Source: Tubiluchus corallicola
Lineage: Eukaryota > Animalia > Priapulida
NCBI GenBank assembly: GCA_030141605.1
Contig: JAQGDQ010000254.1
Span: forward strand, 186,001 to 250,000
Length of the DNA: 64,000 nt
Direction: 5' to 3'
Under the pieces are notes generated by a model. That model saw only the letters and a program-made list of their open reading frames with translations, was not told the origin of the DNA and did no database searches. This document shows, in pieces, positions 1-13,990 of the stretch; position 1 is the first letter of the stretch, and the number at the start of each line of letters is the position of its first letter. The translations under genes and the position numbers were made by a program.

Positions 1-206
1 TACATATCTAAATGTAAACTATCATATAATTATCGATTATATTTTTTTATCGCATAGTCTCTTTTTTGTACAGTATGACGCCTCAAATTACCATATATTC
101 TGATAATTATCATATAAATGGTAACTCTATGCATGTTGAATTCTAGTTTGCAATGAGGCAAAGTGTATAAAAAAGAAAACCATTGCTCACTAAAAATTTT
201 CTTTAC

Positions 207-337
207 CTAGTCTCAGCAATCGGAATAAAGAACTTCTCATACAATATACCATTCTCCTTACGAGGAAAGATCTCTTCCTGATGTACAATCATGTTCTTTA
301 CTAGGGCATTCACGGCACTCTGGTGATGCACCGTGCT
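207..337 (-). CDS. SRGAP: srGAP exon, end of RhoGAP (STVHHQSAVNALVKNMIVHQEEIFPRKENGILYEKFFIPIAET); gene continues left of the window
   Basis: tttcag and gtaaag boundaries; phase 0 to 2; VN.LVK..I...EEIFP.....YEK motif. Confidence 0.9.
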
Positions 338-467
338 CTGAAATCAAACAGCAAAAAATTTAAAAATAAACTGTCATGAGTACTTCTCAAGTATTTTTAA
401 ATTTACATGTCACTTTTACCAATTAAAAACATCGAATAATTGGAATGCAACAAGTTGGGGTAAATTC

Positions 468-548
468 ACATCATCATTGCCATCATCATCATCATCATCA
501 TCATCATCACAATCATCATCACCATTTCAACATCATCTGTATCACCAC

Positions 549-596
<48 letters not shown>

Positions 597-632
597 TATA
601 TGCCCATCATCATCATCATTATCATCATCATT
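468..632. repeat. (CAT)n microsatellite in an srGAP intron
   Basis: Direct reading. Confidence 0.95.
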
Positions 633-1029
633 ATATGCCCATCACATCTATTACAGGCAAGATTTTCAAAAGAAATGTGCCTTCAAGACAGGTAAACACA
701 GCAGTTAATCCAACAAAAAACTAGACACTACTGCTCATATGCCAGTTGCCTGTTAGCACCAATTTCTGATTCGGATAAATTCTGAATAGATTGAAACAGC
801 CATATTCAGTTTTTGAAAGATTTTATGTGAACTTGAATCAAAATCAGGCGTTCAAAAGATGAAAGTTTTTTAACACTTCAACTGTTAAAAGCTACTTCAC
901 ATTTAAATCTCTACAGTAGAATATTAACAATCAAAGAATATCCTTAAAACAAAATTATGTTTGCGTTGGCATCACAAATCATACAACAAAAATGCTATCA
1001 ATATGATGAAAACGTATCAGCACATTTAC

Positions 1030-1232
1030 CTGATTAGTATCAGAAGGCATCGGAAGCAGAGTTGGTCCAAAGCAAATAGCAAGGTTGTACGGTTCCATCA
1101 TATTTTCATCACTAAATTCAGATAGATGATTCAGAAAAGAAAACAGGTATCGAAGCACGACAAAGACCGGTCGAGGAAGAGTCAGCAGTAAGCTCCGAAC
1201 TCTCTCAACAAAATACTCGGTTGGTTCTAAAA
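1030..1232 (-). CDS. SRGAP: srGAP RhoGAP exon (FLEPTEYF...RYLFSFLNHLSEFSDENMMEPYNLAICFGPTLLPMPSDTNQ)
   Basis: Inside ORF 979..1275; ttaccag and gtaaat boundaries; phase 1 to 0; N.M...NLAICFGPTL RhoGAP motif. Confidence 0.95.
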
Positions 1233-1944
1233 CTGGTAAAAAAGAATCAAAATTAAAATCAGTAATTGATGACACTCATTACAGTTTGTTTTTCTATCAA
1301 AATTCATGTTCTGGGGCACTAGATGCACACTAAAAAACACTAAATCAAAATAATGCCAAATCTTCTATACTAAATTTTTATGCATATATTATATTTTGCA
1401 ACCTTAGTGGTGATGTAAAAATCTACATTTTTCCAAAACACAAACTAGTTGTAAGAGCATGATCACAGATGAAAGGGAAAAAATATTACAAAGTTTCCAG
1501 TAAACCATGAGTAAAAAGCACCTATAGTATAAATATACTAAACACTGCTACATTTTCACAATTTTTGTAACAAACAAGCGTGGTAACAATCATATATATA
1601 ATTTAGTACTATACTCAGTGCAGAACTATACTAAATAGTATTTCAGAAACATAGGAAAAATTAACGTAAACATATTTTAAAGTTAAAAAATATGACATCA
1701 CAAAAATTAGTGTTACATTTTGAGTAAAGACTACTTTGCCTCATGTAAATGTTAATATGCAATTAGATGGTAGAGATCTTGTATAACTACATACCTGAAA
1801 TTACTTGATTAATACTCCTTAGTGAAATTTACAAAGACAAACATTTCCAACAGTCATTATTTCCACATTAACACTAACTGACACACAAAAAGCAACTGTC
1901 TGGATTAAAAAAATATTTACTTTTACAAACCAAAAGACACTTAC

Positions 1945-2079
1945 AGGCACATTTAACAAATTGGTCAAACATTGCAGCTGGTAAGAGCGGTTCCCTGAGT
2001 TCTCGGAGGTACATTTTAAGCAGACCAGCCACACTGTTTACGTCATTGCACTCAATTGCATCCGTTAGTGGGTCTTCTC
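1945..2079 (-). CDS. SRGAP: srGAP RhoGAP exon (GEDPLTDAIECNDVNSVAGLLKMYLRELREPLLPAAMFDQFVKCA)
   Basis: Inside ORF 1874..2182; gtgcag and gtaagt boundaries; 135 nt, phase 1-1. Confidence 0.95.
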
Positions 2080-3119
2080 CTGCACAACAAACAGATACTT
2101 GATAGATGAACAGAATGTAAATTTCAAAGTGATTTTTTTTAGTCGAATATAAATGGAAAAACCAGTCAGTAGCAGCTTTCATAGGCCTACTCTAATAAAA
2201 TGTTTGCAGTGAGGTCACTGCTTGACCCATTATCAAGGACATCCTTCTAAGATAAGCCCCTGAACCAGCAGAGGTGTCTCTGCCATGTATGTATATCCTC
2301 CCTCAATGAAGTAAACAGCCAGAATCAGTACGGTGAATGAAACTCCAAGAGCGAACATTGAACCCAGGTGATCACGAGCCATTCACACAGTCGTGTGCAC
2401 ATATCACTCTGACTGCCATGAAGAGCCTTACCCGAATAAATGTTGTCCTAACTTACTTAATGTAGCGCTTGTCACTCTTTAGAACATCTAGTCAGTTATG
2501 TTGACATAATAAATTTACTGATAAAAATATACAATTGTATGTGTATATACTCTGTGAAACTCTTTAATTAAATCCCTATGTGGTTTGTTTGACTTAGATA
2601 CTAATTAAGGGAGTACAACGGGTGGAAAGCCATGAGTGACCTAAGTTTTGACGAAACATACTAAACTGCAAGCTAGTTCTTCTGTAGATCTATTTCTTTC
2701 AAAAAAACTAGATGACTTTTAACATTAATTGCATTTTAACAGAATAGCAGAATAAATCAAAGTCATTCAAATACAAAAAAATCAAGTCTTTCTCTTTAAA
2801 ACTCTGCAGTTGGCTTGGTTCCCTATTCCTGGACTTCTCCAAAGCCTTTACTGTTGACGACATTCACATTGTTACGGATTATAGGCCACTGTAAAAGTCA
2901 CTAAGACAGGAAAAATAGTAAAATGAAATTTTAAAGTAATGATAATGTAATAATTAACATAATAATTAATGTTTTTAATATAATAATTTTTAATTATTAG
3001 CTGTTATGTTAAACTGCAGTCGTGTCAGAAGACACATACCAAGAAAAGGACTACCTCATCAGCATTTCTGGTAAGACGACAAAAATGCGAATAAAAATAA
3101 ATGGAAAATAAATAAAAAC

Positions 3120-3258
3120 CTTTTTCGAATAGATTCCTCAGTTCGTTGACCTCCACTTGCGACCCAGAAACCCGGAATATTCCCTGCTGGTGTAATCCGT
3201 GGATATTAATGGTTCGTATGCAGCTCTGTACAACCTGTGGTACATCTTGACCAGTAGC
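3120..3258 (-). CDS. SRGAP: srGAP RhoGAP exon with arginine finger (ATGQDVPQVVQSCIRTINIHGLHQQGIFRVSGSQVEVNELRNLFEK)
   Basis: ttttag and gttttt boundaries; phase 0 to 1; GIFRVSG catalytic Arg intact. Confidence 0.95.
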
Positions 3259-4777
3259 CTAAAACATGCAGCAAGCTCTTAGTGGTAATCTCATTAAGAA
3301 ATGCTTAAAGCCTTGCAGATTGCCAGGATTTGAATGAGGTTAATGTCATGGGCAGCTTAAGCAAAGTACGTCTCATCAGAATGATTGGAACAAAAACACA
3401 CAAACAAATTGGATCTATCTTATGAATAAATGGTGCTGTTTTAAAATGCTGCATGAAAGCAATAAGTATGCACAGCAGATATGTATATGTACATATATAT
3501 ACATATATAGTACTACTGTTTGTTGTATTACTATTATAGATATACTCAGTTAGCCGTAAATTGCTTGACTTTGAAAAATACTTAGTGAATATCGAGAGTT
3601 TTACCCTCCCCAAAACTACAAGAGGATACTGCACGTTGTCACTGCAACTACACAAATAAACTACACATATTATTCTTAAGAATAAATGGTGACGAGGAGC
3701 AGATTGAAACTGTCAAGAACTGTCTAGTGAATTTATTACTAACATGTTCATATTTTAGAAGCATTTGTGTGAAAGCTTCTCTGAAAAAAACAGGAAACTC
3801 AGTAGTAGATTCTGCTGTTTCGCCTAACATAGCCAACTTACTAATAAACTAAATTCATAAATAATTTATTAACAAAAAATTAACAAACTCCTCGATAGGG
3901 ACAATTATAGCTCATACTGCCATCTATTGTTGGATTTCCTAACTGCCTACAAAACATAATTCTGCTATTTCTGTGATAAATGTCCCATTGTTCATGCAGC
4001 GTTACACTCAGAAGAATAGTTCATTTTTTTCTGGCACTTAATGTACTAAATTGTAATTTTGTTCAATTAAACAGTCATTTATCCACCAAACTTCAGTTTA
4101 ATGCCGCAGCTACGAATATGCTAGGCATCTCAGTTAATTAGAAATTACTAATTCAGCAAATCAAACTGAAATTAGAATTAATTTACTTTACCTGTCCTTG
4201 GACTTCGTTAGTCTTGCGTATGATTATTTACTATTCAATTTATATTAAAAGGATAGCTGACTAGATGGCCTATTGATTGCCTCACTATTCTCTCTCACCT
4301 CCACTTGCATTAATAACTATTAGGACACATCTATCTGTATATACCTTTATATTCTTGATGTAGATTAGATGTGGTTATTGTATTTTTTGTAGTATGATGG
4401 ACAAAAATAAATTTTAATTCAATTCAATTCAATAAATTTTGAAGACAATTTCTACAGAAGGAAAGCAGCTAAAACCCAGAATCCTGGTCAAGTGCCTCCG
4501 GGTTTGACGTAAATGACGTGCATTGCTTTGACAAATCTGTAATTTTTCTTATTATCAATGCTTGTATGTGAAAATGCAAAAACTACCTAGAATTCTTTCT
4601 CATAACCATGCACATAAATTTTCATTTAACTTAACAATTATGTAAAAGAAAAAACGGAATTCCTAGTCTATCTTATGTAAGCTACTTCTTCGGCTTGTTC
4701 AGTACTTTGCCTGATAATAGATGGCGCCAGGTGTAAAACGACAATTCAAACTTGAAATTTTGAATTAGTTGCTTTAC

Positions 4778-4981
4778 CTCAACGTACTCCAACAAACTGC
4801 CACCAAACAATTTTGGCTGCAAGTTAGGCTTGTGTTGACCCGCTTTGCACTTCTTATGTTTTGACACCGGTGGTTTTTCGTAGTTATCATCCACGCACAC
4901 CTGCATGTGCTTCTCTATCATGGCGTGCTTTGCCTTCAGACGTGCAACTAGGTTGTTGTTCTGTATGTATTCTCGAAATTT
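4778..4981 (-). CDS. SRGAP: srGAP exon, linker into RhoGAP (KFREYIQNNNLVARLKAKH...QPKLFGGSLLEYVE)
   Basis: Overlaps ORF 4682..4921; ttttaaag and gtaaag boundaries; 204 nt; PKLFGGSL.EY marks the RhoGAP start. Confidence 0.93.
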
Positions 4982-5232
4982 CTTTAAAATAAAAAATGCA
5001 CATTTCTGACCATAATCTTATTACCTTAGCCAAGATGATGAAACAAATTCAAGTTAACAAAATAATCATCTAAAATTCTAGTGAAACTTTATGTCACACC
5101 AAAGATACTATTTTTCAGTTAATTTCACGAGAATGTGTTAAAAAACATTACAGTAGTCTTGTAACTAATAAATTTTGAAAAACATTACAGACCTGAAAGA
5201 AATTCAATTTTACTAAGTTTGACAAAACCTAC

Positions 5233-5388
5233 TTTTAAATAAAATGACTCGGTTTCAAGTCGCTGTTCGCGATTCCGTGCCATGGATTCAACTCTTCGCT
5301 GCCCAGCAAAATATTCGTAGCAGTTGTAGTCACAAATATTCACGATGTTCATTAGAGCTGTTTCAGTCGACTCTAAAGTTTTCCAAAT
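5233..5388 (-). CDS. SRGAP: srGAP exon (IWKTLESTETALMNIVNICDYNCYEYF...QRLETESFYLK)
   Basis: tttcag and gtaggt boundaries; 156 nt; WKTLE...DY.C...ETE.FY motif. Confidence 0.92.
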
Positions 5389-5875
5389 CTGAAATTTGAA
5401 AAGAAATATTTATAAAAACTAAGTTGGGCTGAAAAGTACCATTTCTTTTTAATCTTGCTAGTGAACGCTATAAGTAAATCTTAAATGGACGTTATTCTAC
5501 AGCCACTTTTGCAATGAAGAAACAAAGTAAAAATCTATGACAACTGTCCTGCACCAGAACAAATTTGATTTTCATAGAAATACTCCACTTTCAGATTTTT
5601 CTTTTTTTTAATGTTAGTCTCAGAATAAATTATTTTCATTTATAATATCTTGCAGTTTTGGACGTTACTATCACTGCACATGTATGACATGTATGTACTG
5701 TATTCACATGTAAAATATAATTCCTTGCTTCTTTCACAATTATGCAAACAAAAATAGATGGAGTTTGAATCTTTGATTTTCACTTGCTCTTGAATTTTGT
5801 GTTGGCTATAATACTGCATTACCGAATCACTGACCCGATAATTAATGCTTTATTATTCTGTGTGCATTTTTTTAC

Positions 5876-5977
5876 CTCTTCACTTTCAGTACGCAAATCC
5901 ATGAGCCGTGCACACAGTTGCCTATACCGTTGATCCACTTCTTCCTGCATTGACTTATGCATGAGAAATTGCGTTAT
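5876..5977 (-). CDS. SRGAP: srGAP exon (ITQFLMHKSMQEEVDQRYRQLCARLMDLRTESEE)
   Basis: ttgtag and gtaaaa boundaries; 102 nt, phase 0-0; RL..LRTESEE coiled-coil motif. Confidence 0.9.
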
Positions 5978-6990
5978 CTACAAACACAATAACAGTTTTC
6001 TTACAAATTTCTGTTTAACCAAATATTAGGTGAGCAATAGAGATTTATTAGTGTATGATAGTACTGTGACCTCTGAAAGTGACCCTGAAAAACACCACAA
6101 AGTGATCAAGAAAAACTAAAAATCATTATATTTATAATATAAAAGCCATAAGGAACTACAAGACAAAAATGTCTGCACAAACAACAGCTGAAAAAATGAT
6201 ACACTAAACTAGTAAATTTATGAACTTCTTTACTTTGAAAAAAACCAGGGTTAAAAAGGTTAAAGCAAGACTGAGACTCAGCAATACCGTTCTTGTTTAC
6301 GGATAGTGCACTCAACCATCTCATATTACAGAAAACAATCTAATCACCTTACACAACAACCGTCCTAATTGATAAATTGATAACACCTGCTATAATTTTC
6401 ATTAGTTTATAAATTACCACATGTCATTAATTTATCACTTAAGATAGATAATGTGCAAGTTGATTTGATTGTTTTCTGTAATGTAAGATGTTTGTGCACA
6501 AATGTAAGTGTTATTGTGGATGAAAACACGAGAAAAGAAAATTATTAGTTTGTATTGTCATAGGATTATCGTATTTTGGCATAGGTTTTCTTAGGAAGTG
6601 CTTTTGTCCACTATTTTTTGCAGACATTCTGACTTACGATTTTGATTGCTTTTGCTTCTCTCAATCTTTAAAGATGTCGATGATTGGACCAGCAAAAACT
6701 TAGCCCATAAGCAGACCATTTTTGCACAAGTATTCTGTTTTATTGTAAGTAGAATTCTAGCTAGCTAACTAATCTATTGTTTTACATAAGAAATCATAAA
6801 GGGTATAATTTCACTGCACAACTCAACTTAGCAATGCTAGTGGCTGAAACAGCAAAAATTTCGACTGCCATTTTTGTTCAAGCGTTTGTCGTATAATAAG
6901 TGGATTCACACTAATGAGTGTATTGTTTTATACAAGAAGTCATAAATATCATTGCACTTTGTGTATTAAATTAAATGTGAGATGCTTTAC

Positions 6991-7212
6991 CTCATCATCC
7001 TTATGTGGCTTGTACGTAAACTTCGTTGGAATTAAAAAGGCAGACCGGTAAGCCTCCAAAAACCTATCCTTATCTGCCCGAGCATCCAGTTCACGTATGC
7101 AGTGGTCCATGGCATCAATGCCAACTTCCAGAGACCTCTTCAGGGACTCATCGCAACTAATGTGCATCATCAGCGCACGTGCTACGGAATTGTGAAACCC
7201 AAAGTCTACCGA
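6991..7212 (-). CDS. SRGAP: srGAP F-BAR/F-BARx exon (SVDFGFHNSVARALMMH...FTYKPHKDDE)
   Basis: Overlaps ORF 6949..7170; cttatag and gtaaag boundaries; 222 nt, phase 0-0. Confidence 0.93.
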
Positions 7213-7674
7213 CTATAAGAAACACGGGAACAAGATGATGAAGTATTACAAAAATAAGTTAAATATTAGCCAGAAACAAGGTTGTGAAATGTAGCAAAGC
7301 TTTCAAAAATCTTGACAAAATTTAGTTTTAACTGTAAATGTACATACAGTATTTTAAGTTTTTTATACAGTTTAAAATAAACAAACTCAACTTGATGGTA
7401 GCATTGAGACCAAAATCAGACTCATTATCAAAGCAGTGCCTCTAAGTTGAGCCACTGAACTATAGGAGGTGTCTTAGCTACGTTCAAATAAGAGTAAGAA
7501 TAATAAGAGTAATAAGAATAATAATAAGTTTTTGTACATGGCAAACAGGCAGAATAAGTGTAGCAGTGAAATTCTGTTTGAAAAGTATAAAGCCATGACC
7601 ACTTAGCTTTGAACCCACCTGACACAGGGGTCACGATTAAATGGGATCAATGTTCAAACATTTTTTTTACTTAC

Positions 7675-7803
7675 ATCTATCAAGTCTGATATGTCGTCTA
7701 CATAGTACTTCTGGACAGCCGCATTGGCACTTTCCACACACAGTAGATACTCATTACGTGCTTTAAGTGCTTTAAGCCGAGTTTCCGCAAATTTACTTTC
7801 TCG
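7675..7803 (-). CDS. SRGAP: srGAP F-BAR exon (RESKFAETRLKALKARNEYLLCVESANAAVQKYYVDDISDLID)
   Basis: ttttag and gtaagt boundaries; 129 nt; KARNEYLL...KYY..D.SDLID F-BAR motif. Confidence 0.95.
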
Positions 7804-8618
7804 CTAAAAACATAAGTGGGAATTAGCAGAATTGGCAGACTAAACAGAAATTATACACTGCCAAACAGCTGACACACCAGCAAATTTGCCTATCAAAAAC
7901 TGCATTTAAAGCTATAAAAATATCAAAATTATTTTACATATGTTGATTACAGGTTATGACAAATATCTATTTCAGGTTACACAAATACACATATCTATTA
8001 TAGATATTACTCGTGTTAATTGTGGGTTTGTTCTGTCTCTAATAATAATCCTGATATTACCATTATTGTTTATTATAAGTATAGCATTTTGACTTAATGA
8101 CTAAAAATCACCAAACAATAAATCAAATATTGTTTTATATTTTGTAGAAAAGTTCATTGCAGATGTATAATATATATACTAAACAGTAATGACTGAAATT
8201 TTGTTAAAATGCTGTATCTTATGGATTCATACCTATTTTTTCCTAAACATCACTACTCTGTTTTTATAAGTTTGAGTGACAAACCTCAAGAAAATGTTCT
8301 AACCTAACTCAGCTTATTTAGAATAAGTTGCAAGTCAGTTTACAGTGTTGAGTCTGCGTTGCATGACAATCTTTTTAAACACATTCGTGTAATTAGTGTA
8401 GTTAAAAGAATAAGTACACCATTTATGTGCTCTGCTACATGCCTGTAAAGAACAATGTTTTCCAGGCAAAAGTCTCAAATACAAGGTTGCAAATCAGCAT
8501 TTAAAAAGCGATTTAAAATTAGGATAAACAAAAATAAGTTCATAAAAAACAAATGTAAAAAGCTGCTAAAACATGTTCTACTTAAACTGAAACCTTTGTC
8601 AATGCACTGATGAATTAC

Positions 8619-8777
8619 CTTTGTTGTCTCTTTGCGGAGGAGCCGAACTTTCCGACTTGCCGCTAATTTCTCTGTGCTCATTGACTGCTCAAGCTTCTGC
8701 TTTTGTTGCTCTACATTGCGCAGTTTTATCTCTGCATGTTTGTGCTCGGTCTGATATGTGTGATATGACTTCAAGGA
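8619..8777 (-). CDS. SRGAP: srGAP F-BAR exon (SLKSYHTYQTEHKHAEIKLRNVEQQKQKLEQSMSTEKLAASRKVRLLRKETTK)
   Basis: Inside ORF 8475..8855; ttcacag and gtaatt boundaries; 159 nt, phase 0-0. Confidence 0.92.
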
Positions 8778-9524
8778 CTGTGAACATAAAGAAATCTTTA
8801 ATATCAAGTGCAATTGTGTGCAGTCAGATAAATCAAAATAAATTATGATGTACACAACTAACGGATATCAACTATAAAATGCACTATTTTTCCTGTACGA
8901 TAGTCATTTCTTAATTAAGTACCATTTTAATTTTCTTGCATTGGTTCTAATTGGTGTTGGTGATATAAATACTAAAACATCTGTGAAAATGTCTATGAAA
9001 ACTTTTCACAGCAAGAAAAAAGTTCTTACAAATCTCACTGGCAAAAAATCGCTACAATGCTGTAGCGATAAAACCATCCACGTAAACATTAATTGCAGTG
9101 AGAAGTTACATTGTTCTTCATATCATCCGTGAAAGTGAGAAAAATGCCACCATGCTGGCTTAACAAGGTTTGCTTTATAGCTAAAATGTGGCAAACTTTA
9201 ACACTTTAATATAGTATGTTTAGAAAGTCAGAAATTATTAGTTATACAGAAAAAGTTATACACATATATTTGTATCATAGTAGTTTGCTTGTTTGCTGGT
9301 GAAATAAACTGAATTTGAAATTTGACCAGCAATTTGTCTGGCTGCAGTGAAAAAAGTTATTGCATGTCAGAGCTTTTTTCTTGTTACCTCATAATCAATA
9401 GTTAAAACATGCAAATGATTTAGAGAGCAACATTCATTTTCTCTGAGCATCATAAATGCGGGATATTCGCAGCGAGAAAATGCTACTCAAAACTCAATGC
9501 TACTTAGTGTGGCAACAAACTCAC

Positions 9525-9587
9525 CATTTGCAACTCATTCAGCACCTTTAGCAATTCTTCGTGTTCTTCAGCAGCTACTTCTCGACA
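9525..9587 (-). CDS. SRGAP: srGAP F-BAR exon (CREVAAEEHEELLKVLNELQM)
   Basis: tttgcag and gtgagt boundaries; 63 nt, phase 0-0; HE.L.KVLNEL motif. Confidence 0.92.
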
Positions 9588-10370
9588 CTGCAAAAACAGA
9601 GGCTCTTCTTGAGTGTTTTCAAAGTCAAAACAATTTATGCAGCACGAAGCCATTCTTCACTTTATTAAAATTGATAGATTTTGCTTTTTTGCATTCAATT
9701 TCACAAAAATTATTGATTATAATTATACAACTTAATATGAAATCCATTTAGTGAAGTAAAGAAATTGTGTTTATTCACCATTATCCTGTTCTTCTTTTAC
9801 AAGCTTCTCATTGTGGTTTCATTAATGAGTACTTGAATAGACAATTAGGCAATGCAAAAGTGTACATTTTCACGAAAAGTCTGTTCCTTCTTATAATAAC
9901 ATATACAATTTTGTTCTTGTTTACAAAGTGTTCAAAACTTAACATGTAATAAATGCCAGTAAGATGTAACAAAATAAGTTCTATGTAGAATAAAAATTGT
10001 AAAAGAAAGCTGAGTGGTCACAGTGTGTGTGCTTAGCAACTAAAGTTAGGCAGCACTGAGACTAGTCAGCAAAGGGAAAAGCGAGCTAAGCTAAGCTCGT
10101 CTGCTAAGCAGGTTAAAATATTTAGTGATGAGGCAATAAAGTGGTGGAGGTACTTAGCCACATTCGAATGTATGTGTAGGCTATATAACCTGATTCAGTG
10201 TCTCACCACTAAGTTTTTATCCCAGTTAGCAGAGTGACCCTGCCAAATTGTATAATACCAAAATATGCCAATGACTTTTAACCAGTAAACATTTTTTGGA
10301 TGTTAGATTAATTTCTGACACTTCACTTTTTTATTGGTTTTTAACATGTGAAAGTCATTTGGTTAGTCAC

Positions 10371-10536
10371 CTTTTTATGAAGTCTTTGCATGTCTTCGGA
10401 TATGTCCGCAAGGCGTGTGGTGAGCTGGGTGCTATAGATTTCACTCAACACAGCATGGTCACGGCTTTGCTGCTTGGCTTGTGATAAAACGGTCTGCCAG
10501 CAGGTGAATGCTGAAAATAACTGCCATTGGTCCCGC
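10371..10536 (-). CDS. SRGAP: srGAP F-BAR exon (RDQWQLFSAFTCWQTVLSQAKQQSRDHAVLSEIYSTQLTTRLADISEDMQRLHKK)
   Basis: ttacag and gtgact boundaries; phase 2 to 0; CW...SRDH..LS.IY motif of srGAPs. Confidence 0.93.
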
Positions 10537-10586
10537 CTGTAACATAGAAAAAAATCAAAAGATCAGCTCACAATTACAGTAAGTTT

Positions 10587-10931
10587 AATAAGTCTTTTTA
10601 CAGTTCCAGCGATTGATCATGATCGTGAAAAGGTCACAGGTTAAGTGTACTAGACAATGCATTTGTGTACACTTGACAATGCATTGCAGCCCAAGCAGTT
10701 GTAATAGTAACAGTTTTAACAGCTAGCTAGAACCTTACCTAGTTCATTTTTTCTTGTTCCCAAGCAAGATCCTGCTAGTAAATCACTCTACACACAAACT
10801 ATGCAGCTGAAGGCTTTGTTTTATGCACATGTCACGTGACGGTTGTAGTTAAGACGTGTTGCTGTGGTACACTTAACGTTTGACCTGCAGCAACTGCGTA
10901 TGTGCACAACGAAACTGTGAAAAGGCTTATT
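10587..10931. mobile_element. MITE family A, copy 1 (~345 bp, ~19-bp TIRs)
   Basis: aataagtctttttacagtt ... aactgtgaaaaggcttatt inverted termini; homologous copy at 39730-40112. Confidence 0.8.
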
Positions 10932-13102
10932 ACAGACATCCTTGCCAAATTACAGTTTCTACCAAATTATCAACTTTAAATGAACTAATGAAGTGAATAA
11001 AAATTAATTTTGGAACTTAAAAAGTTAGCTGATGCATAAAATATTAGTTCGATTAATGTATTGGAAAAGCATGACTTTATTGTTGCAGAACAACAACACT
11101 TAAATCATTTACAATGTACAAAACTACGTTTCGGCTTGATCAAAGTCATTCGCACAAAAATGACTTGGTAAAATAGATTTCTGTTTATTGGATAATAAGC
11201 TGTACTGATTAAAAACCTTTTCTTTAATAGTTGTCTGCTATATTCAGCAATTTGTGTTCAAAGATGGCTTGGATGAAACCAAAGCCTTGTAAAAGAGTTG
11301 AGTGGTACCAATTTATTGATGATGTTGCACTAAAACTACACTAAACTCTTCAAAGCAGAATAAACGAAACTTGTAAAATTTTGTGTTTTAAAAAAATCGA
11401 ATTGTCTGCAAATTATACAACAAATCTCAAAGCTAATACACCCTTTCCCTGCAATGGTTTTAACGATCAGTCAATAGATATCAGCCCAAAACATACAGCA
11501 AAACAATGTTGGTTGAAATCCATTTTATCCTTTTACAGCAGGATTTTTAGTTTATTCTGTAATTGACAATGCAACTTCAATGGCTAGACATGCTTGCAAA
11601 AGCCACTGCAATATGCACAAAATAAAAAATAAATAAATTACTCAAATTCGTCAGCACATAACTAAACTGAAATAAATTTTCTGCTATGTATGGGAGTAAG
11701 GCTTATTGACCAGTGCCAGCCTAATAGGGTAAATACACGTGGTAACAACAGTCTTGACAGTCTCTAATTGATGACAAATAAAACTGAAATACTGTGCAGA
11801 CATACACTTATGATAAAGAGCAGCAGTAAAGTAATAACGATAAATAGTAAAGCTTATAAAAAGGCAAACGAAGAAACAAAAAGAAATTTGCAGTATTTTC
11901 AGATTCCTACATATAATATAGGCTCATTTTATGCATTTGTGTTTCTAATATTGAGCATGAAATGACTATTTGATAACTCATGTTGTAACACTTGCAGTGG
12001 TGTCCTATCTACGAAATAGAGAAAGTGGAGGGGGAGATAAAATAATAAAACAACCGTCACTAGCAACTCTCAAACTTTTGACATATGCAGACACTGCAGT
12101 GCCATCTGTGCAAAAGCATGTGAATCAGGCAAGTTGCAAACTGGTGACATGTATCAAACTATGGCACCTACGTTTCATTTGAATCAGGCTGTTTAGGCTG
12201 TGCTAACTTTGTTAGTCTGTTACGAAATGATGTTGATCTTCTGAAAACATCAATACTACAGTGTAATTACTGAAAACAAAAATGACATGTTGTCTAAAGA
12301 AACAAGTGATACTGATCAAAGTTCCTATCAATCGTCAATATGAAATAAATGTACTAGTTTAGACTGTTTAGCATAATTTATCTATACTAATAATATAAAT
12401 TTGTCTTATAGAACAAATTTATATTGGCACTAACTAGGAGTTCTGTCAGCCACCCTCAGTTACGTAACTGCTCTGTAGAATATGATGAATTTAATGATGT
12501 TAATTTCATACTGTTTCACAACAAAAGTCTGTAAAAAGGGTTGGAAAAATTCTTTTATATAAACATGGTTTGAAATAATGATGTAAATCAGATGCAATCA
12601 AATATTTTAAAATATTTTATTAATTAGCTCCTAATTTATATCTCATTTGTCCCCATAACGTCCTTCAAAGGTTTCTGAATACCTCAAGTCATTTGGTTTT
12701 AAAGAAAACAACGAAAAATATTTAAGTAGCTAAATTCAGTAATTTAATTAACTGGATATAATTTTGAACCTAAATTTTGATAATAATGTATATTCAATTT
12801 TGCATACTTGGTTTTCTATGATTAATAATAATTTAATTATGGTTAACAGAACTACAAAGCGGCACGCATTTTAATGAAAAGAAAAAAACAAATAAAAAAG
12901 TATCACAAAGTGGAATTACTTGAGCCAGCAAATAACCCCTGCTAATTCAAGTAACCCTATTATATGGTATATAATGTGCTAGCAACTTTTCCTTACAATT
13001 TATCAAAAAAGATCAAGTTGTCACTACAAAAAGTCTAATATAAGCTTTCTTTCTTGTTATTAACATTAAAGTTTACGATTGCACATTTTATTTATTACTC
13101 AC

Positions 13103-13286
13103 TTTTGTTTTTCAGCTTTGTGTTTGAGCAACGTACTCTTGACTAGCTTATCAAGTCCACGTGCATACTCCATCTCCACTTCCGCCCTCCGTCGGAAGAA
13201 ATCCTGAATCTCTGTTACAATGGATGTCAGTTGGTCCACACGGATGTCTAGACATTTCAACTGCTCTGCTAACTGTTGCTTAATAT
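13103..13286 (-). CDS. SRGAP: srGAP exon, start of F-BAR domain (xIKQQLAEQLKCLDIRVDQLTSIVTEIQDFFRRRAEVEMEYARGLDKLVKSTLLKHKAEKQK)
   Basis: Manual translation; tttcag acceptor and gtgag donor; phase 1 in, phase 2 out; QL.EQLKCLD...QDFFRRRAE.E..Y is the srGAP F-BAR N-terminus. Not in the ORF track. Confidence 0.93.
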
Positions 13287-13842
13287 CTGAAATAAAAAAT
13301 TAGAAATGCTGAATTATGATGCATATATGTTTATAAACAAAAACCTATAGTTTTTAAGTGCATGTTATCTCAAAAGCCCTTACTGTTATATACTTTTATA
13401 CTTATGAAAATTTTTCACAATTTCAAACATAAGTTTTCGCTTGAACTTTTAAGGCACAGTTTAGTCACTGCCAATTAAAATGCAAGTATTCAAAGGTAAA
13501 GGCACTGAAAACAGGCTACCCTAAAAGATGAATTCCGTATAGTAATCACGCAAGTTATAAAGGTCTTAAAAGGTGACTTCCATATAGAAACCAGACAAGT
13601 TATAAAAGACATAATGTAAAGACACATAAAAGACGTATAGAAATGTAGAAATCATCGGTTAGCAGGCTACAATAAGCACAAAGTTTCTTTCTTTTTAAAC
13701 ACTCATTACACCTACTAGTATTCTTTGAAGTACTACTAGTAGACTTTGAAGAACGATCGAACACATCAGATAAAGAAGTTATCAGATCAGGTCTGGGTTG
13801 AGACAATAAGTTTAGGCCTGTACAATATGCATGGGCCACATT

Positions 13843-13990
<148 letters not shown>

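Noticed and set aside
445-708. Poly-His/Ile/Ser ORFs, and similar ORFs at 13746-14154, 14541-14889, 27323-27602, 38123-38628, 41348-41686, 46170-46847 and 49740-50118
   Set aside because: Translations of microsatellites, not genes
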